DNA of 63,037 bases, the filler included, from Octopus bimaculoides (Eukaryota): the NCBI RefSeq assembly GCF_001194135.2. It is 8 parts of 8 records of this genome, joined end to end, with 100 filler letters (N's around TTAATTAATTAA, not from the genome) between each part and the next. Parts side by side here need not be neighbours in the genome. Positions count along the whole stretch, not along the records: positions 1 to 19,885 come from NC_068994.1; positions 19,986 to 39,647 come from NC_068984.1; 6 more parts are not named here. One strand, 5' to 3'. Position 1 is the stretch's first letter; every line of letters begins with the position of its first letter. This document shows, piece after piece, positions 13,828 through 26,419 of this stretch. A program made the position numbers and the translations under genes. The notes beneath the pieces are model-generated. The model ran no database searches. It was given only the letters and a program-made list of their open reading frames with translations, and had not been told where the DNA came from.

Positions 13828-15461
13828 TCTGTTTCACAACACCATTCCGAATCTTCAATATTCTTCTGCAAATGCAAAAAATTCGAAGTGACCTTTGTAT
13901 AAAGAAAAACACCCGAAAAACCTAAGTATTTTTTTATAAGACAAAAGAAAAAGAAAAAAAGAAGAAGAAAGGATTCAGTTGATACAATCCATGGTTTGTT
14001 CATTATTCTGTGATTTGATTGGCTTCTAAACTTATGTAAATAAGATTATGCAAATTACTGTGTGAATTGCTAACAAATAATGAAACTTTTCTACGCTATT
14101 TTTCTCTTCGAATGTTGTTGCTCTTCTTATGATTGCTTTTAACTGCTCTTATCTCCATATACGTGCCCGACACTAGCTGTAAATATTTCTCTCTATGATA
14201 CAGCCTATCCCTCACCCTGTGGTTCGCTTTCTTTCTTTCTTTTTTTTCTTTCTTTCTTTCATTCTTTCTTTCTTTCCCTCTGTAATACAAAAGATCTAAC
14301 ACACAAACATACACACAGACACACACAGATACACACATGTACAAATGTGTATGTATGCATATATGTATACATATATGCATATAATTATATATAAACATAT
14401 ATATGCACATACATGCATATATATATATATATATATANNNNNNNNNNNNNNNNNNNNNNNNNNNNNNNNNNNNNNNNNNNNNNNNNNNNNNNNNNNNNNN
14501 NNNNNNNNNNNNNNNNNNNNNNNNNNNNNNNNNNNNNNNNNNNNNNNNNNNNNNNNNNNNNNNNNNNNNNNNNNNNNNNNNNNNNNNNNNNNNNNNNNNN
14601 NNNNNNNNNNNNNNNNNNNNNNNNNNNNNNNNNNNNNNNNNNNNNNNNNNNNNNNNNNNNNNNNNNNNNNNNNNNNNNNNNNNNNNNNNNNNNNNNNNNN
14701 NNNNNNNNNNNNNNNNNNNNNNNNNNNNNNNNNNNNNNNNNNNNNNNNNNNNNNNNNNNNNNNNNNNNNNNNNNNNNNNNNNNNNNNNNNNNNNNNNNNN
14801 NNNNNNNNNNNNNNNNNNNNNNNNNNNNNNNNNNNNNNNNNNNNNNNNNNNNNNNNNNNNNNNNNNNNNNNNNNNNNNNNNNNNNNNNNNNNNNNNNNNN
14901 NNNNNNNNNNNNNNNNNNNNNNNNNNNNNNNNNNNNNNNNNNNNNNNNNNNNNNNNNNNNNNNNNNNNNNNNNNNNNNNNNNNNNNNNNNNNNNNNNNNN
15001 NNNNNNNNNNNNNNNNNNNNNNNNNNNNNNNNNNNNNNNNNNNNNNNNNNNNNNNNNNNNNNNNNNNNNNNNNNNNNNNNNNNNNNNNNNNNNNNNNNNN
15101 NNNNNNNNNNNNNNNNNNNNNNNNNNNNNNNNNNNNNNNNNNNNNNNNNNNNNNNNNNNNNNNNNNNNNNNNNNNNNNNNNNNNNNNNNNNNNNNNNNNN
15201 NNNNNNNNNNNNNNNNNNNNNNNNNNNNNNNNNNNNNNNNNNNNNNNNNNNNNNNNNNNNNNNNNNNNNNNNNNNNNNNNNNNNNNNNNNNNNNNNNNNN
15301 NNNNNNNNNNNNNNNNNNCATCAGGTTTTTATTATTATTATTTTTTTCATTTGTTTTCGTTGTTGTTGCACTTCTTTCTTTTCTTCTTTTTATTATATAT
15401 CAAGGGGGCGGACTTAAAGAATCCTGACAAAATACTTATCAGCATATGTTCTGGTTATAGG

Positions 15462-15800
15462 GTTCTGAGCTCAAATTCCGCCGAGATCGAATTTGCCTTT
15501 CATTACATAGGGATCGATAAAAGAGATCCAAATTAATATCTGGTTTAGTCGATATAATCGAACAAACCCCATTCCTTCCAAAATTTAAGATTTGTCCTTA
15601 CAACAGAAAGTATTATTATTGACAACCGGTGTTGGTGTGATCATGTCCCCGTAGCGTAGCTATTCGGCAAAAAGAGACTGATAGAATAAGTACTAGGTTT
15701 ACAAAGAATAAGTCCTAGGGTTCATGTTTTCGTCTAAAACCATTTAATGCAGTGCTCCAGCATGGCCGCAGTAAAATGTCGGAAACAAGTATAAGAGTAA
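15462..15800 (+). mobile_element. SINE B fragment followed by SINE A 3' half
   Basis: GTTCTGAGCTCAAATTCCGCCGAGATCGAATTTGCCTTTCAT (family B), then GATAGAATAAGTACTAGG...GTGCTCCAGCATGGCCGCAG (family A tail). Confidence 0.75.
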
Positions 15801-17981
15801 AAAATATTGTTTCTTTCAGTTCTCAATCACCAATTTCCCTCTGCCGATTCCTCACACAAAAGTTTGGTCGACCTACAGTAGAATAGTAGAAGACACGCGC
15901 TAGGAATGAACCCGGAACCATATAGTTGCGATGTAAACTTCTTAACAGACAGCCACACTTATGTCTATTCACTTCTGTTTTGTACTGTGTCATTAAATAT
16001 TTGCCATGCGAGGCTTTTCTTGCCATCATCTTGTAAAAACATTCTGTAGTCACTTGTTTTAGCTTCAGTTTTATTTTGTTGATCATTTTTGACTTATTTC
16101 CAAACTCTTCAAAATTGTTGGCTTTTTCGAAAACAAAAATTTCTCTTGCTTTATATTGTCCTGTTGTTGTTTTGTGGCTGTTTGCCTTCGTTTCACAGTA
16201 TATCTATTAAACACTTACGTAGGCTTCTGATATATATTTTATGTTAATTTTATGTTAATTTTCTTGTTTTCATCGATTGGTAATTCTCGAAACATTTTTA
16301 TATTTGTATTACATTTCATGTTAGCCTTACTAATTCAATTAGTGTCCAGTTGAAAATATCTTATCAATAACTTATTAGTCGAAAAAAGAATTCAAGCTTA
16401 TTATCTTAATTATATTAACATTTCTGTTTTTCTTGAATAATAATTCGTCAGTGATCATCCAGCCTTTTCCTTTTGTTTATGCCTTGTAATTATCAAACTA
16501 ATTAATTCTTAAGTATTTGTAATTTTGTGTTTGATCTAACTCACTTATTGTTGTTCCTCTATGTAAGACTATATTAGTGTTGTTTGTTAATTTTCCATTA
16601 AAGCTTGGCTGGGTACAGCTTTCGAAACTATGTTCCTGTTAAGTCCTCTGTTGATTGTGTGTACTGTCTTTTTCAGTGTTTCTTGCTGTTTATTATCTGC
16701 CTCATACAAGTTACAGTTATCGATGTAATCAATCTGATTAATTGTCCTTGCAGAGTATTTACACCCGTGTTCTAACTGATGTAGCATGATATTTAAATGT
16801 CTAACGTTAGAAAGAAAAACGAGTGCGTAAGTGTAAGGGTGTCCTCGGAAAATTTCGTTTCTGATAGGAATGGTAACCTTTTTCATAATTGCCATTTTTC
16901 TCTTTGATTTGCGAAATTCCTTGCCATTTATTCACCTGACCATGTTTGTTGTGGGTGCTGCTTCAGACGTGGTTTTTATTCTAAATAATATCTGCATATA
17001 TATATATAAATATATATACATATGTCTATATATACATATACATATATATACACACACGCACATAGACATATGTATGCACACACACACATATATATATATA
17101 TGTTCTATATTATACACAACCTTGGTTTTTTTATCTCATTACGAAAAGTATATCCTATATATANNNNNNNNNNNNNNNNNNNNNNNNNNNNNNNNNNNNN
17201 NNNNNNNNNNNNNNNNNNNNNNNNNNNNNNNNNNNNNNNNNNNNNNNNNNNNNNNNNNNNNNNNNNNNNNNNNNNNNNNNNNNNNNNNNNNNNNNNNNNN
17301 NNNNNNNNNNNNNNNNNNNNNNNNNNNNNNNNNNNNNNNNNNNNNNNNNNNNNNNNNNNNNNNNNNNNNNNNNNNNNNNNNNNNNNNNNNNNNNNNNNNN
17401 NNNNNNNNNNNNNNNNNNNNNNNNNNNNNNNNNNNNNNNNNNNNNNNNNNNNNNNNNNNNNNNNNNNNNNNNNNNNNNNNNNNNNNNNNNNNNNNNNNNN
17501 NNNNNNNNNNNNNNNNNNNNNNNNNNNNNNNNNNNNNNNNNNNNNNNNNNNNNNNNNNNNNNNNNNNNNNNNNNNNNNNNNNNNNNNNNNNNNNNNNNNN
17601 NNNNNNNNNNNNNNNNNNNNNNNNNNNNNNNNNNNNNNNNNNNNNNNNNNNNNNNNNNNNNNNNNNNNNNNNNNNNNNNNNNNNNNNNNNNNNNNNNNNN
17701 NNNNNNNNNNNNNNNNNNNNNNNNNNNNNNNNNNNNNNNNNNNNNNNNNNNNNNNNNNNNNNNNNNNNNNNNNNNNNNNNNNNNNNNNNNNNNNNNNNNN
17801 NNNNNNNNNNNNNNNNNNNNNNNNNNNNNNNNNNNNNNNNNNNNNNNNNNNNNNNNNNNNNNNNNNNNNNNNNNNNNNNNNNNNNNNNNNNNNNNNNNNN
17901 NNNNNNNNNNNNNNNNNNNNNNNNNNNNNNNNNNNNNNNNNNNNNNNNNNNNNNNNNNNNNNNNNNNNNNNNNNNNNNNNN

Positions 17982-18049
<68 letters not shown>

Positions 18050-18390
18050 CTTACATTACATATGTCTGTCTGTGTGTAGGATATGTCGATATTTCTTCCA
18101 GAATTCTTCAATTCTTGTTTATTCCGTTTATTCCAATTCCGTTTATTCTTTCCAGTATGGCGTCTATTATATCATCTAACCATTCTTGTGATAAAACCAG
18201 TTTCCGTTTTGTTAGTTGGATTAATGGATTTGTTTTATAGCAATTTTCATTCACTTTATATATTCTAAAATATTTGCACTTCTTTATCTGACGAATTCCA
18301 ACCCCTGCTATTTTTTCATTTGCTTATCTTCCATTAAAGTTTTTCTTCGATTTCTCGGAGAGAGAGAGAGGGGGAGATGTGTGTGTATAG

Positions 18391-18421
<31 letters not shown>

Positions 18422-18831
18422 NNNNNNNNNNNNNNNNNNNNNNNNNNNNNNNNNNNNNNNNNNNNNNNNNNNNNNNNNNNNNNNNNNNNNNNNNNNNNNN
18501 NNNNNNNNNNNNNNNNNNNNNNNNNNNNNNNNNNNNNNNNNNNNNNNNNNNNNNNNNNNNNNNNNNNNNNNNNNNNNNNNNNNNNNNNNNNNNNNNNNNN
18601 NNNNNNNNNNNNNNNNNNNNNNNNNNNNNNNNNNNTTATCATTTTCTTTTTTTCAAAAAATCTACCTAATCTCCAAGCTTTGGCTTTCATCTCTTCAATT
18701 AATCTTTCCTTGTGTTTCTTTTGGTTATTGTTTAGCCATAATGTTAAGTCTTCTATAAATCATTGCTATCTGATTGGCTGATGACTTTTTTCTTCCAGTA
18801 TTTATTTTATTTTTGATGGGATTTATCATAC

Positions 18832-18832
<1 letters not shown>

Positions 18833-18906
<74 letters not shown>
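18833..18906. repeat. (TAT)n microsatellite
   Basis: Direct trinucleotide run. Confidence 0.95.
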
Positions 18907-19589
18907 ATCTTTTCGCTTTCAGTTGATTTACTATTCACAGGGATGTTTCCAGCCGAATCGTTTGTATATTTTATTGATTTCTCAGATATATCTACAGACT
19001 CAGCGACGTATCTTTGTTGGTTTAGACCCGTTATTTGTATACATCTGAATAGTGTATTCTTCTCCTTTCTAGATTGTAGACAAAGAAAATCCACTCCAAC
19101 ACAGGTAATTTCAGAGGGCTTTTAACCGAAATTACTTCGAACGAAAGCACGTGTTCCTGTAGCCTCTTTAGATCAAAATGTCACGGATAGTTTGTTTTCT
19201 TTCCTCCTGGATGTGACTAAAGTGTATAAAGTCTCTGCTGGAATGCAAGCATATATTATGCTTTTATTCATGTTGTGCAGCTCCTTAAGTATTTGCTATC
19301 TGTGTAAAAGGTAAGATGTGTCAGCAAATTCGATAATACGGAGTCATCATTCTGTTTGTGAGATATTTTACATCAAATACCTCATGTTGGTTTATCGTAA
19401 ATTCAAGAGAAATCTAATCAACGAGACAAGATGAAATACATTTCAGCTGTATTCATTTATATTGTTGCTTCCCGTCATACCGTTTTTAGGACGACATATC
19501 CGTTATGGCTGTCTTAGTTTTCAGATAGTAGTCCAGGTAAAGCTGGTACTTTTATCAGGTAAATTAATCACATAAAAACCCCTTTATTG

Positions 19590-19746
19590 AGGCCGATACA
19601 CTAGTGACGTTGCCACTCAACTGCTGAGTAAAATGGAGCAGCGCACAATAAGTGCCTTCCTCAAGAACACAACACACTGCCCGGACCGGGAATCCAACTC
19701 ACAACCACATAATCGTAAGCCCAATGCTCTAAGCACTGAGCTATGC
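19590..19746 (-). mobile_element. SINE family D (tRNA-like head GCATAGCTCAGTG..., V/Meta-like core)
   Basis: Minus strand GCATAGCTCAGTGCTTAGAGCATTGGG...GTTGGATTCCCGGTCC..GTGTTGTGTTCTTGAGGAAGGCACTT has Pol III A/B-box-like motifs. A related copy lies at 51070. Confidence 0.7.
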
Positions 19747-19766
19747 ATATACATTCATATTTGTGG

Positions 19767-19819
<53 letters not shown>

Positions 19820-19885
19820 CACATACACAGACACACACACAGACATATATATATATATACTTATATTTATATATAGATATTTATA

Positions 19886-19985
19886 NNNNNNNNNNNNNNN
19901 NNNNNNNNNNNNNNNNNNNNNNNNNNNNNTTAATTAATTAANNNNNNNNNNNNNNNNNNNNNNNNNNNNNNNNNNNNNNNNNNNN
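19886..19985. other. Artificial scaffold-join spacer 44N-TTAATTAATTAA-44N (also at about 39692, 41781, 47201, 57443, 59245 and 61929)
   Basis: An identical 12-mer with six-frame stops is embedded in N runs seven times. The first, counted exactly, totals 100 nt. Confidence 0.9.
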
Positions 19986-20321
19986 AGGAGCCCTGCTTCT
20001 CACATGGACAACTGTATGTTGGCTGCTCAAGAGTGGGCAGCAACAAAAAACCTATTTGTATATGCTCCACAAGGGAAAACAAGGAACATAGTTTACAATG
20101 AGGTGTTATAATCACAACAGCAAGAAAGTATATACATGATCACCTTCTTTTACGAAACTTCATTGACTTTCATATATTTATATTGATATACATATATATA
20201 CGTGTGTTTGGGTGCGTGTGTGTATATACATCTCTATATATAAAGATGATGCGTAGTCTAGACGGCGTTTTTAGATTTCATTATTCTCTTTAACCCGGGC
20301 AACGCCGGGTATTTCTGCTAG
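19986..20321 (+). mobile_element. Helitron 3' end (Pif1-like helicase C-terminus, subterminal hairpin, CTAG terminus)
   Basis: EPCFSHGQLYVGCSRVGS motif. Hairpin CCCGGGCAACGCCGGG, then CTAG followed by T. Near-identical to 56412-56760(-). Confidence 0.9.
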
Positions 20322-20559
20322 TATATATATATAATTACGTAAATATAAGTATGTTAAAGGTTGTTGATAAACCCCACACTCTAGAATAGAGGCCAAATGG
20401 CTCTAAAATTTACATCGACATTCCGTTAGCAGAAATTGTAAGCGATCAGATGAATAAATAACTAATATATTTTAAGGGTTAATTATGCATCCGTTTCTGG
20501 CTTAGGGATGTAAAAATACCCGGCTGTCGTCAGTATAATATGCCCATTGCATATAAATA

Positions 20560-21530
20560 CAAATATTTATAGATATCCATACGAAAAACATATATCCGCA
20601 CGAATATGTACATGCATTCACTAGTTAAATATAATTTATTCATCTCAACCACGTGCTTGAACTTCCCTCTGGCGCATTTGGGATCGGAGTTACTTTGTAT
20701 AAACTTAAGCATTGTTGTATCGAGACCTCATCCGTGGCTTCCTTATTACCTTTCTTTAAAGCTCTCTTAACAGTGTCCACGAATCGTTCAGCCCTTCCAT
20801 TCGATCTAGGGTGATACGGTGCAATAGTCTTAGGTTCTAACGCGAACATCTCGCAGAATCTTTTAAAATCACAGGATACAAAGTGTTGTTCCGTTATCAG
20901 AGACAATTATATCCGGTACATCATGGAACACTTTTAACATCCTCGTTTGTAATGCCTGTGGAATGAATACAATCAGAGCGTACATTAATATACCATTACA
21001 CATAGAGTACACGCTCACATTTTGGCGGTTCTTTGCATCAGACCTTTCTTTATTTCTTTTTTTCGAACACAGTTTTCTTTTTGTCTCATTAATAAATTTG
21101 TCATTTCTCACATTTCTTTTTAGTTCCTCCAAAGGTACTGGTTGTTCCCACACGATGTTCCACATCACTTATTTTCTTTCTACTTCTGCTCTTAGCGCTG
21201 CTATTATGGTGTCTTCCAGCGGTTCGTTATTTCTCAGAATTACACTAGAGAGATCAATGGCATGCCCCAACGTTTTTGAAGGCAGACGTTCCATTCTATA
21301 ACTGTAGGTTAATAAAAAGGTACCCCACTGCTGCAATCTGCTTGCTGTATCTGTCGGGATTCCTTTCTTGGATCCATATAATGTTATTAGAGATTTTGTT
21401 TTGCAACCAAGAGATTTTTTTTTAATGATCTTTTGGAAAGTTTTCACGCCAAATATAAAAGTCAACGCATCTTTTTCAATCTCGCTATAGCTCTTTTCTG
21501 GCAGCAATAATGTCCTTGACATGTGAACTA
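20560..21530 (-). mobile_element. Gypsy/Ty3 LTR-retrotransposon pol remnant (RNase H and integrase)
   Basis: SYSEIEKDALTFIFGVKTF (RNase H). PDIIVSDNG and APYHPRSNGRAERFVDTVKRALKK (integrase core). Frameshifted. Confidence 0.9.
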
Positions 21531-21539
21531 TGGCCTATC

Positions 21540-22345
21540 AGCATGCAAAACTAAATGCAATACCAATTAAATACACTGGACCTGGAGAGATAGCAACCCC
21601 AAAGACACACTCAGTGCGAGACCGACCTGGGTATTTACATGAGTAATGATGCCTTCCAGGTGAATGTTGCTAAGTTGGCAATGAAATGCAGGCGGCAGAC
21701 CGATGGATTCTTAGAACTTTTAGAAAAAGAGATCGCGTAACCATGATGATCCTCTGGAGCACACTTGTCCTAATCCACTTTAACTATTGCTCTCAGCTAT
21801 GGTCACCAACAAGTATCAAATTAATTGTAGAACTTGAGACAATCCAACGAAGCTACGCGAAGATTGCCTCTATGCAGTATATAAGTTACTCGGAAAGACT
21901 CATGAGATTAAGACTCTATGCTTTAGAGCGAAGACGACAATGATATGCCATACTATACATCTGAAAGATACTGGAGGGACTTGTCCCGTTCTTTGGCATC
22001 AAAAGTTACACAAATACTACAACAGGGCGCCACTGCATAGTGCCAAGGACTCCAAATTTGCCATCAAGATATAGGAAAAGATGCTGCGCAGTTCTTCAAT
22101 ATCCTCCCGAAGGACCTGAGGGACCTGCATGGGTGGATGTAGGCGTCTTCAAAACGAACCTGGACGTATTATTGTCAAGTGTCCCAAATAAACCAACTTC
22201 ACAAAAGGAGGTACGGATGAGGACAGCGGCATCAAATGTCAATTTCTAAAAAGAATTAGTGAAGCAAAATAATGTAATAATGTAGCAACACCAAACGGCG
22301 GTGCCCCAGCATGGCCTCAGCTCATGAACTGAAACTAGATCAAAT
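21540..22345 (+). mobile_element. CR1/L2-group LINE 3' portion (ORF2 C-terminus and 3'UTR)
   Basis: WILRTFRKRDRVTMMILWSTLVLIHFNYCSQLWSP...LETIQRSY...YSERLMRLRLYALERRR. The 3' end is GGCGGTGCCCCAGCATGGCC. Confidence 0.9.
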
Positions 22346-22346
22346 A

Positions 22347-22382
<36 letters not shown>

Positions 22383-22994
22383 NNNNNNNNNNNNNNNNNN
22401 NNNNNNNNNNNNNNNNNNNNNNNNNNNNNNNNNNNNNNNNNNNNNNNNNNNNNNNNNNNNNNNNNNNNNNNNNNNNNNNNNNNNNNNNNNNNNNNNNNNN
22501 NNNNNNNNNNNNNNNNNNNNNNNNNNNNNNNNNNNNNNNNNNNNNNNNNNNNNNNNNNNNNNNNNNNNNNNNNNNNNNNNNNNNNNNNNNNNNNNNNNNN
22601 NNNNNNNNNNNNNNNNNNNNNNNNNNNNNNNNNNNNNNNNNNNNNNNNNNNNNNNNNNNNNNNNNNNNNNNNNNNNNNNNNNNNNNNNNNNNNNNNNNNN
22701 NNNNNNNNNNNNNNNNNNNNNNNNNNNNNNNNNNNNNNNNNNNNNNNNNNNNNNNNNNNNNNNNNNNNNNNNNNNNNNNNNNNNNNNNNNNNNNNNNNNN
22801 NNNNNNNNNNNNNNNNNNNNNNNNNNNNNNNNNNNNNNNNNNNNNNNNNNNNNNNNNNNNNNNNNNNNNNNNNNNNNNNNNNNNNNNNNNNNNNNNNNNN
22901 NNNNNNNNNNNNNNNNNNNNNNNNNNNNNNNNNNNNNNNNNNNNNNNNNNNNNNNNNNNNNNNNNNNNNNNNNNNNNNNNATATATATATAGTC

Positions 22995-23070
22995 GAAATT
23001 TGCTGAAAAGACGAAGACAAGTGTAAAAACAAAAAGCAGATGTGTTAGTTTAACGCTTAGGAAAGTGATA
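22995..23070 (-). mobile_element. Fragment of the PLE terminal repeat family seen at 48730-48860 and 60560-60700
   Basis: AAAAGACGAAGACAAGTGTAAAAACAAAAAGCAGATGTGTTAGTTTAACGCT matches 60583-60625. Confidence 0.5.
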
Positions 23071-23252
23071 GTCTTTTACGTATGTGGGCGAATGTTATCT
23101 TTGTCTATGTGTGTCGCGTGTACTTATGCGTTGCGTGTGTGTGTATATATGTCTGTGTTCAGGTATTGTGTACTTGTGTGGTTGAGGGAGTGTATGTATA
23201 CATACATGCATACATCCATCCATACATACATACATACGTACGTACATATAAA

Positions 23253-23299
<47 letters not shown>

Positions 23300-24212
23300 A
23301 CGTAGTATGTCGGTATGTATGTATATATGTATATATGTATATATGCATACATAGGAAGTATGTATGTACGTGTGTATGTATGTATGTATGTATGTATGTA
23401 TGCACGTATGTAAATCAAATAGTTCCTAGCATCTCTGGATTTTCACAGTATCCTTATTTTAGTATTAGTTTTGGTTTTGCCATTAGTACATTCAAATTTT
23501 TACAATAATCTTCAGGTACATTTACGACAATATATATTCAATGGAAATCAGAGTAAGTATAATAGCAGGATATTCAATTTAATACTTACATGTACATAGC
23601 AAAAGTTACTGCAACTAAATTTGTATTTAAAGGGAAATAAAACTTACGCTATCACACATACCTTGGAGTGAAAGTTATTTTCAAATCTACCCAAACTGAA
23701 AGCGACTTTACTGGTCATTCAGATCTCCTTGGAATATCTCAATAAAATTTTTTTCATTTACGTTCTTTCAATTTCACTTGAGTCATAAATTTAATAACAT
23801 GGAAATATTAAGAAATTTATATTATAGCATGTCTTAAATGAATATGTAAATGGATCTGTCTGACATTCATTTGAAAGTTGATTTTATTTTGACGCGAATC
23901 GAAAATAACTTTCATTCAAACACAAGTGAATCACTATAAGCGTTATCGACCTTTATATAACAACGTGATTCATTTGTAGACGTTAGCTGTAGACGCTGTG
24001 GTTTTGTGAATAGTATATTCGCGCATAAATGGTTACTATGAATATATTTGCCCCAATATGTACGTTATTTTATAAATATTATGGTGATGATTAATGTGAA
24101 ACAAAATTACTTGTGTAAATACAATGACAAGAAAATATAACTTGTAAAACTCCGGAGTTTGATTGTACTTGCTTCACTACTATATTTTTCTGTAGAAAAT
24201 TCCATCAACTAC

Positions 24213-24245
<33 letters not shown>

Positions 24246-24739
24246 GCACGGGTGTGTATGATTGTGAATAGAAGAATATATTACTCAAACAAATTCCAAT
24301 TTTTACTGATTTTCACGTTTAATCTAGAATCTCATAATATAATATAAGATAACATAATGAAATGATAGAATATTAAATGTCCATTCTGATTGAACTAGTA
24401 GTCTCAGCCATTAAACTATACAATCTTCAGGTTTATATAGTAGCGGTGACAGTTATGTTTTACAATTTACAACTATAGTGAGATGGCTAAAAATGTGTGC
24501 CTTAAATACATTTGTATAGGCTCCAGAACGTTAAGTTTTGCAAACTGTATTCTGACGAATCAGTGTGAGGCTTTTCTAAATTAGTTGATTGGTGTTTAGT
24601 TTAGACGTCACGGTTTGTTGAACATTTCAAGAGACCTGTATTTTGACTCTGGCCAAAGCAGTAATTGTTTGGCTATTTTTAGAAATATTGTAAACAACAT
24701 TTCCTCGGGGTTTTTACAATAATCAACATCACTTTCATC

Positions 24740-24816
24740 ATCATCTTTATTATTGTTGTCGTTGTTGTTGTTGTTGTTGTTGTTGCTATTGCTATTGCTG
24801 TTGCTGTTGCTGTTGC

Positions 24817-24847
<31 letters not shown>

Positions 24848-24880
24848 GGTGATGGTGGTGGTGGTGGTGGTGGTGGTTTT
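24740..24880. repeat. Compound trinucleotide array (GTT)/(GCT)/(GGT)
   Basis: Direct observation of in-phase trinucleotide switching. Confidence 0.9.
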
Positions 24881-25082
24881 AGGTTAGCTCTGAGAATAGA
24901 ACTAAAAACCCTAAATAAGATTATTTTACTGACTTTTCTCTTGATTTAGCTAGTATATTCCGTCTATCGTCATCATCAGAACCTTTAGTATTGTTGTTGT
25001 TGTTAGTGGTAGTGGTCGTAACAGTAGAAATAGTACGGCTAAGTATTATTATTATTGTTAATTTAGCTTTGGTCGGAATTTA

Positions 25083-26200
25083 TTAATGAAGTTCTCTGAT
25101 TCTTTTCTCGATTTCACTTTGAATGTATAGTTTTTGGAATGGAAATATAAATATTTTCCGACCACATGTTGCTAGAAGGTTTCTCAAACGCATCTGACAG
25201 ACATCTGAAACTCTAATTTGTTGTTGGTATATACATGAACGTTCTGATAGTGCATTTTTAGACTGACCCACAAATAGTTCTTCACAATTCGGGCATTTGC
25301 TACGGTAAATTATATTTCTGCTTTTGCAGCTCATATTTCCGTTTGTGAATATTTTTCCGATTTATGTGTTCATATATTGGCCGGTATGTATGAATTGGCA
25401 CATCGCCTATCATTGCATTTAGATACAGTGAATGATTGGGGTTTATTACTAAAGTTAAACTTTGCCCTTATTAATAATTGTTTCAAGTTTTCAGACTGTC
25501 TTTTACTAAGAATCATAGCTCGATCTATGATAATATTTTTTTAATTCATTACTTTGAGTAATGATTGGTAGCTTTGGCAATGTTGAAGATATTCTGGTTA
25601 CATGGATTGTATGTCACTATACATGGCATGACTTGTTCTTGTTTTCCTCTTCTTTAGTGTGTCCTCAGTTGTTGAATGAGTATTTTTATAGCCCGCTGTA
25701 TGCCATTTTCTATAAGTAGAGACGGGTATTTTGTTTGAGCAAAATCTCTCTTAATTTATTTCTGATATTCACATTTTCTACAATGGTACAAATTCTTCTG
25801 GTTATGCAGTATGGGATGTTGCGTTTTGTATGTGGTGGATGGCATGACTTATAAATCTGTTATTGATGCGTATCTGTGTGTTTATGGTATATATCTGTGG
25901 TAATGGCGGTGTCCTTTTTGATTACCATTATATCTAGGAAAGATAATTAGGTACAACGCATCTCCTTTGTAAATTGCAGAGATGGGTGTAGGTTGTTCCG
26001 GAGGATATTGAACTCTTCCAGAGTATTTAGAGATTCTGTGCAGATTATGAAACAATCGTCAAGGTATCTCTTACATGCCTTTTCAATCGAATCCCATCAT
26101 AACTATCTTGAACTGAACACCAGAATTGCTAAGCCACGCATTTCACTTGCTCATATATTGCTTCTTAACAAATGGAATGTAAGGAAATCGTTTAGATACT
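25083..26200 (-). mobile_element. Penelope-like element (Neptune-like), RT C-terminus and GIY-YIG endonuclease, decayed
   Basis: Minus strand NNLHPSLQFTKE..FLDIMVIKKDTAITTDIYHKHTDTHQ...SCHPPHTKRNIPY, followed by MSCKSRNIIYRSKCPNCEELFVGQS. Confidence 0.85.
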
Positions 26201-26323
26201 CGATTTGAAAGCTCAGTTGTATATATTTAGTGGGTGTTTGTGCTGTTCAACTGGCTGTATATTCGTTTGAACCAGGTATCTACAAACCAATTTATAGGTT
26301 TGTGTATGTGTGTGCGATTGTGT

Positions 26324-26364
<41 letters not shown>

Positions 26365-26374
26365 NNNNNNNNNN

Positions 26375-26419
<45 letters not shown>

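Noticed and set aside
15823-16895. Minus-strand ORFs that might be L1/Tx1 LINE remnants
   Set aside because: There are no recognisable RT or endonuclease motifs.
19930-19941. Recurrent TTAATTAATTAA motif (seven times)
   Set aside because: It is always centred in N runs and gives stops in all six frames, so it is a scaffolding linker and not biology.
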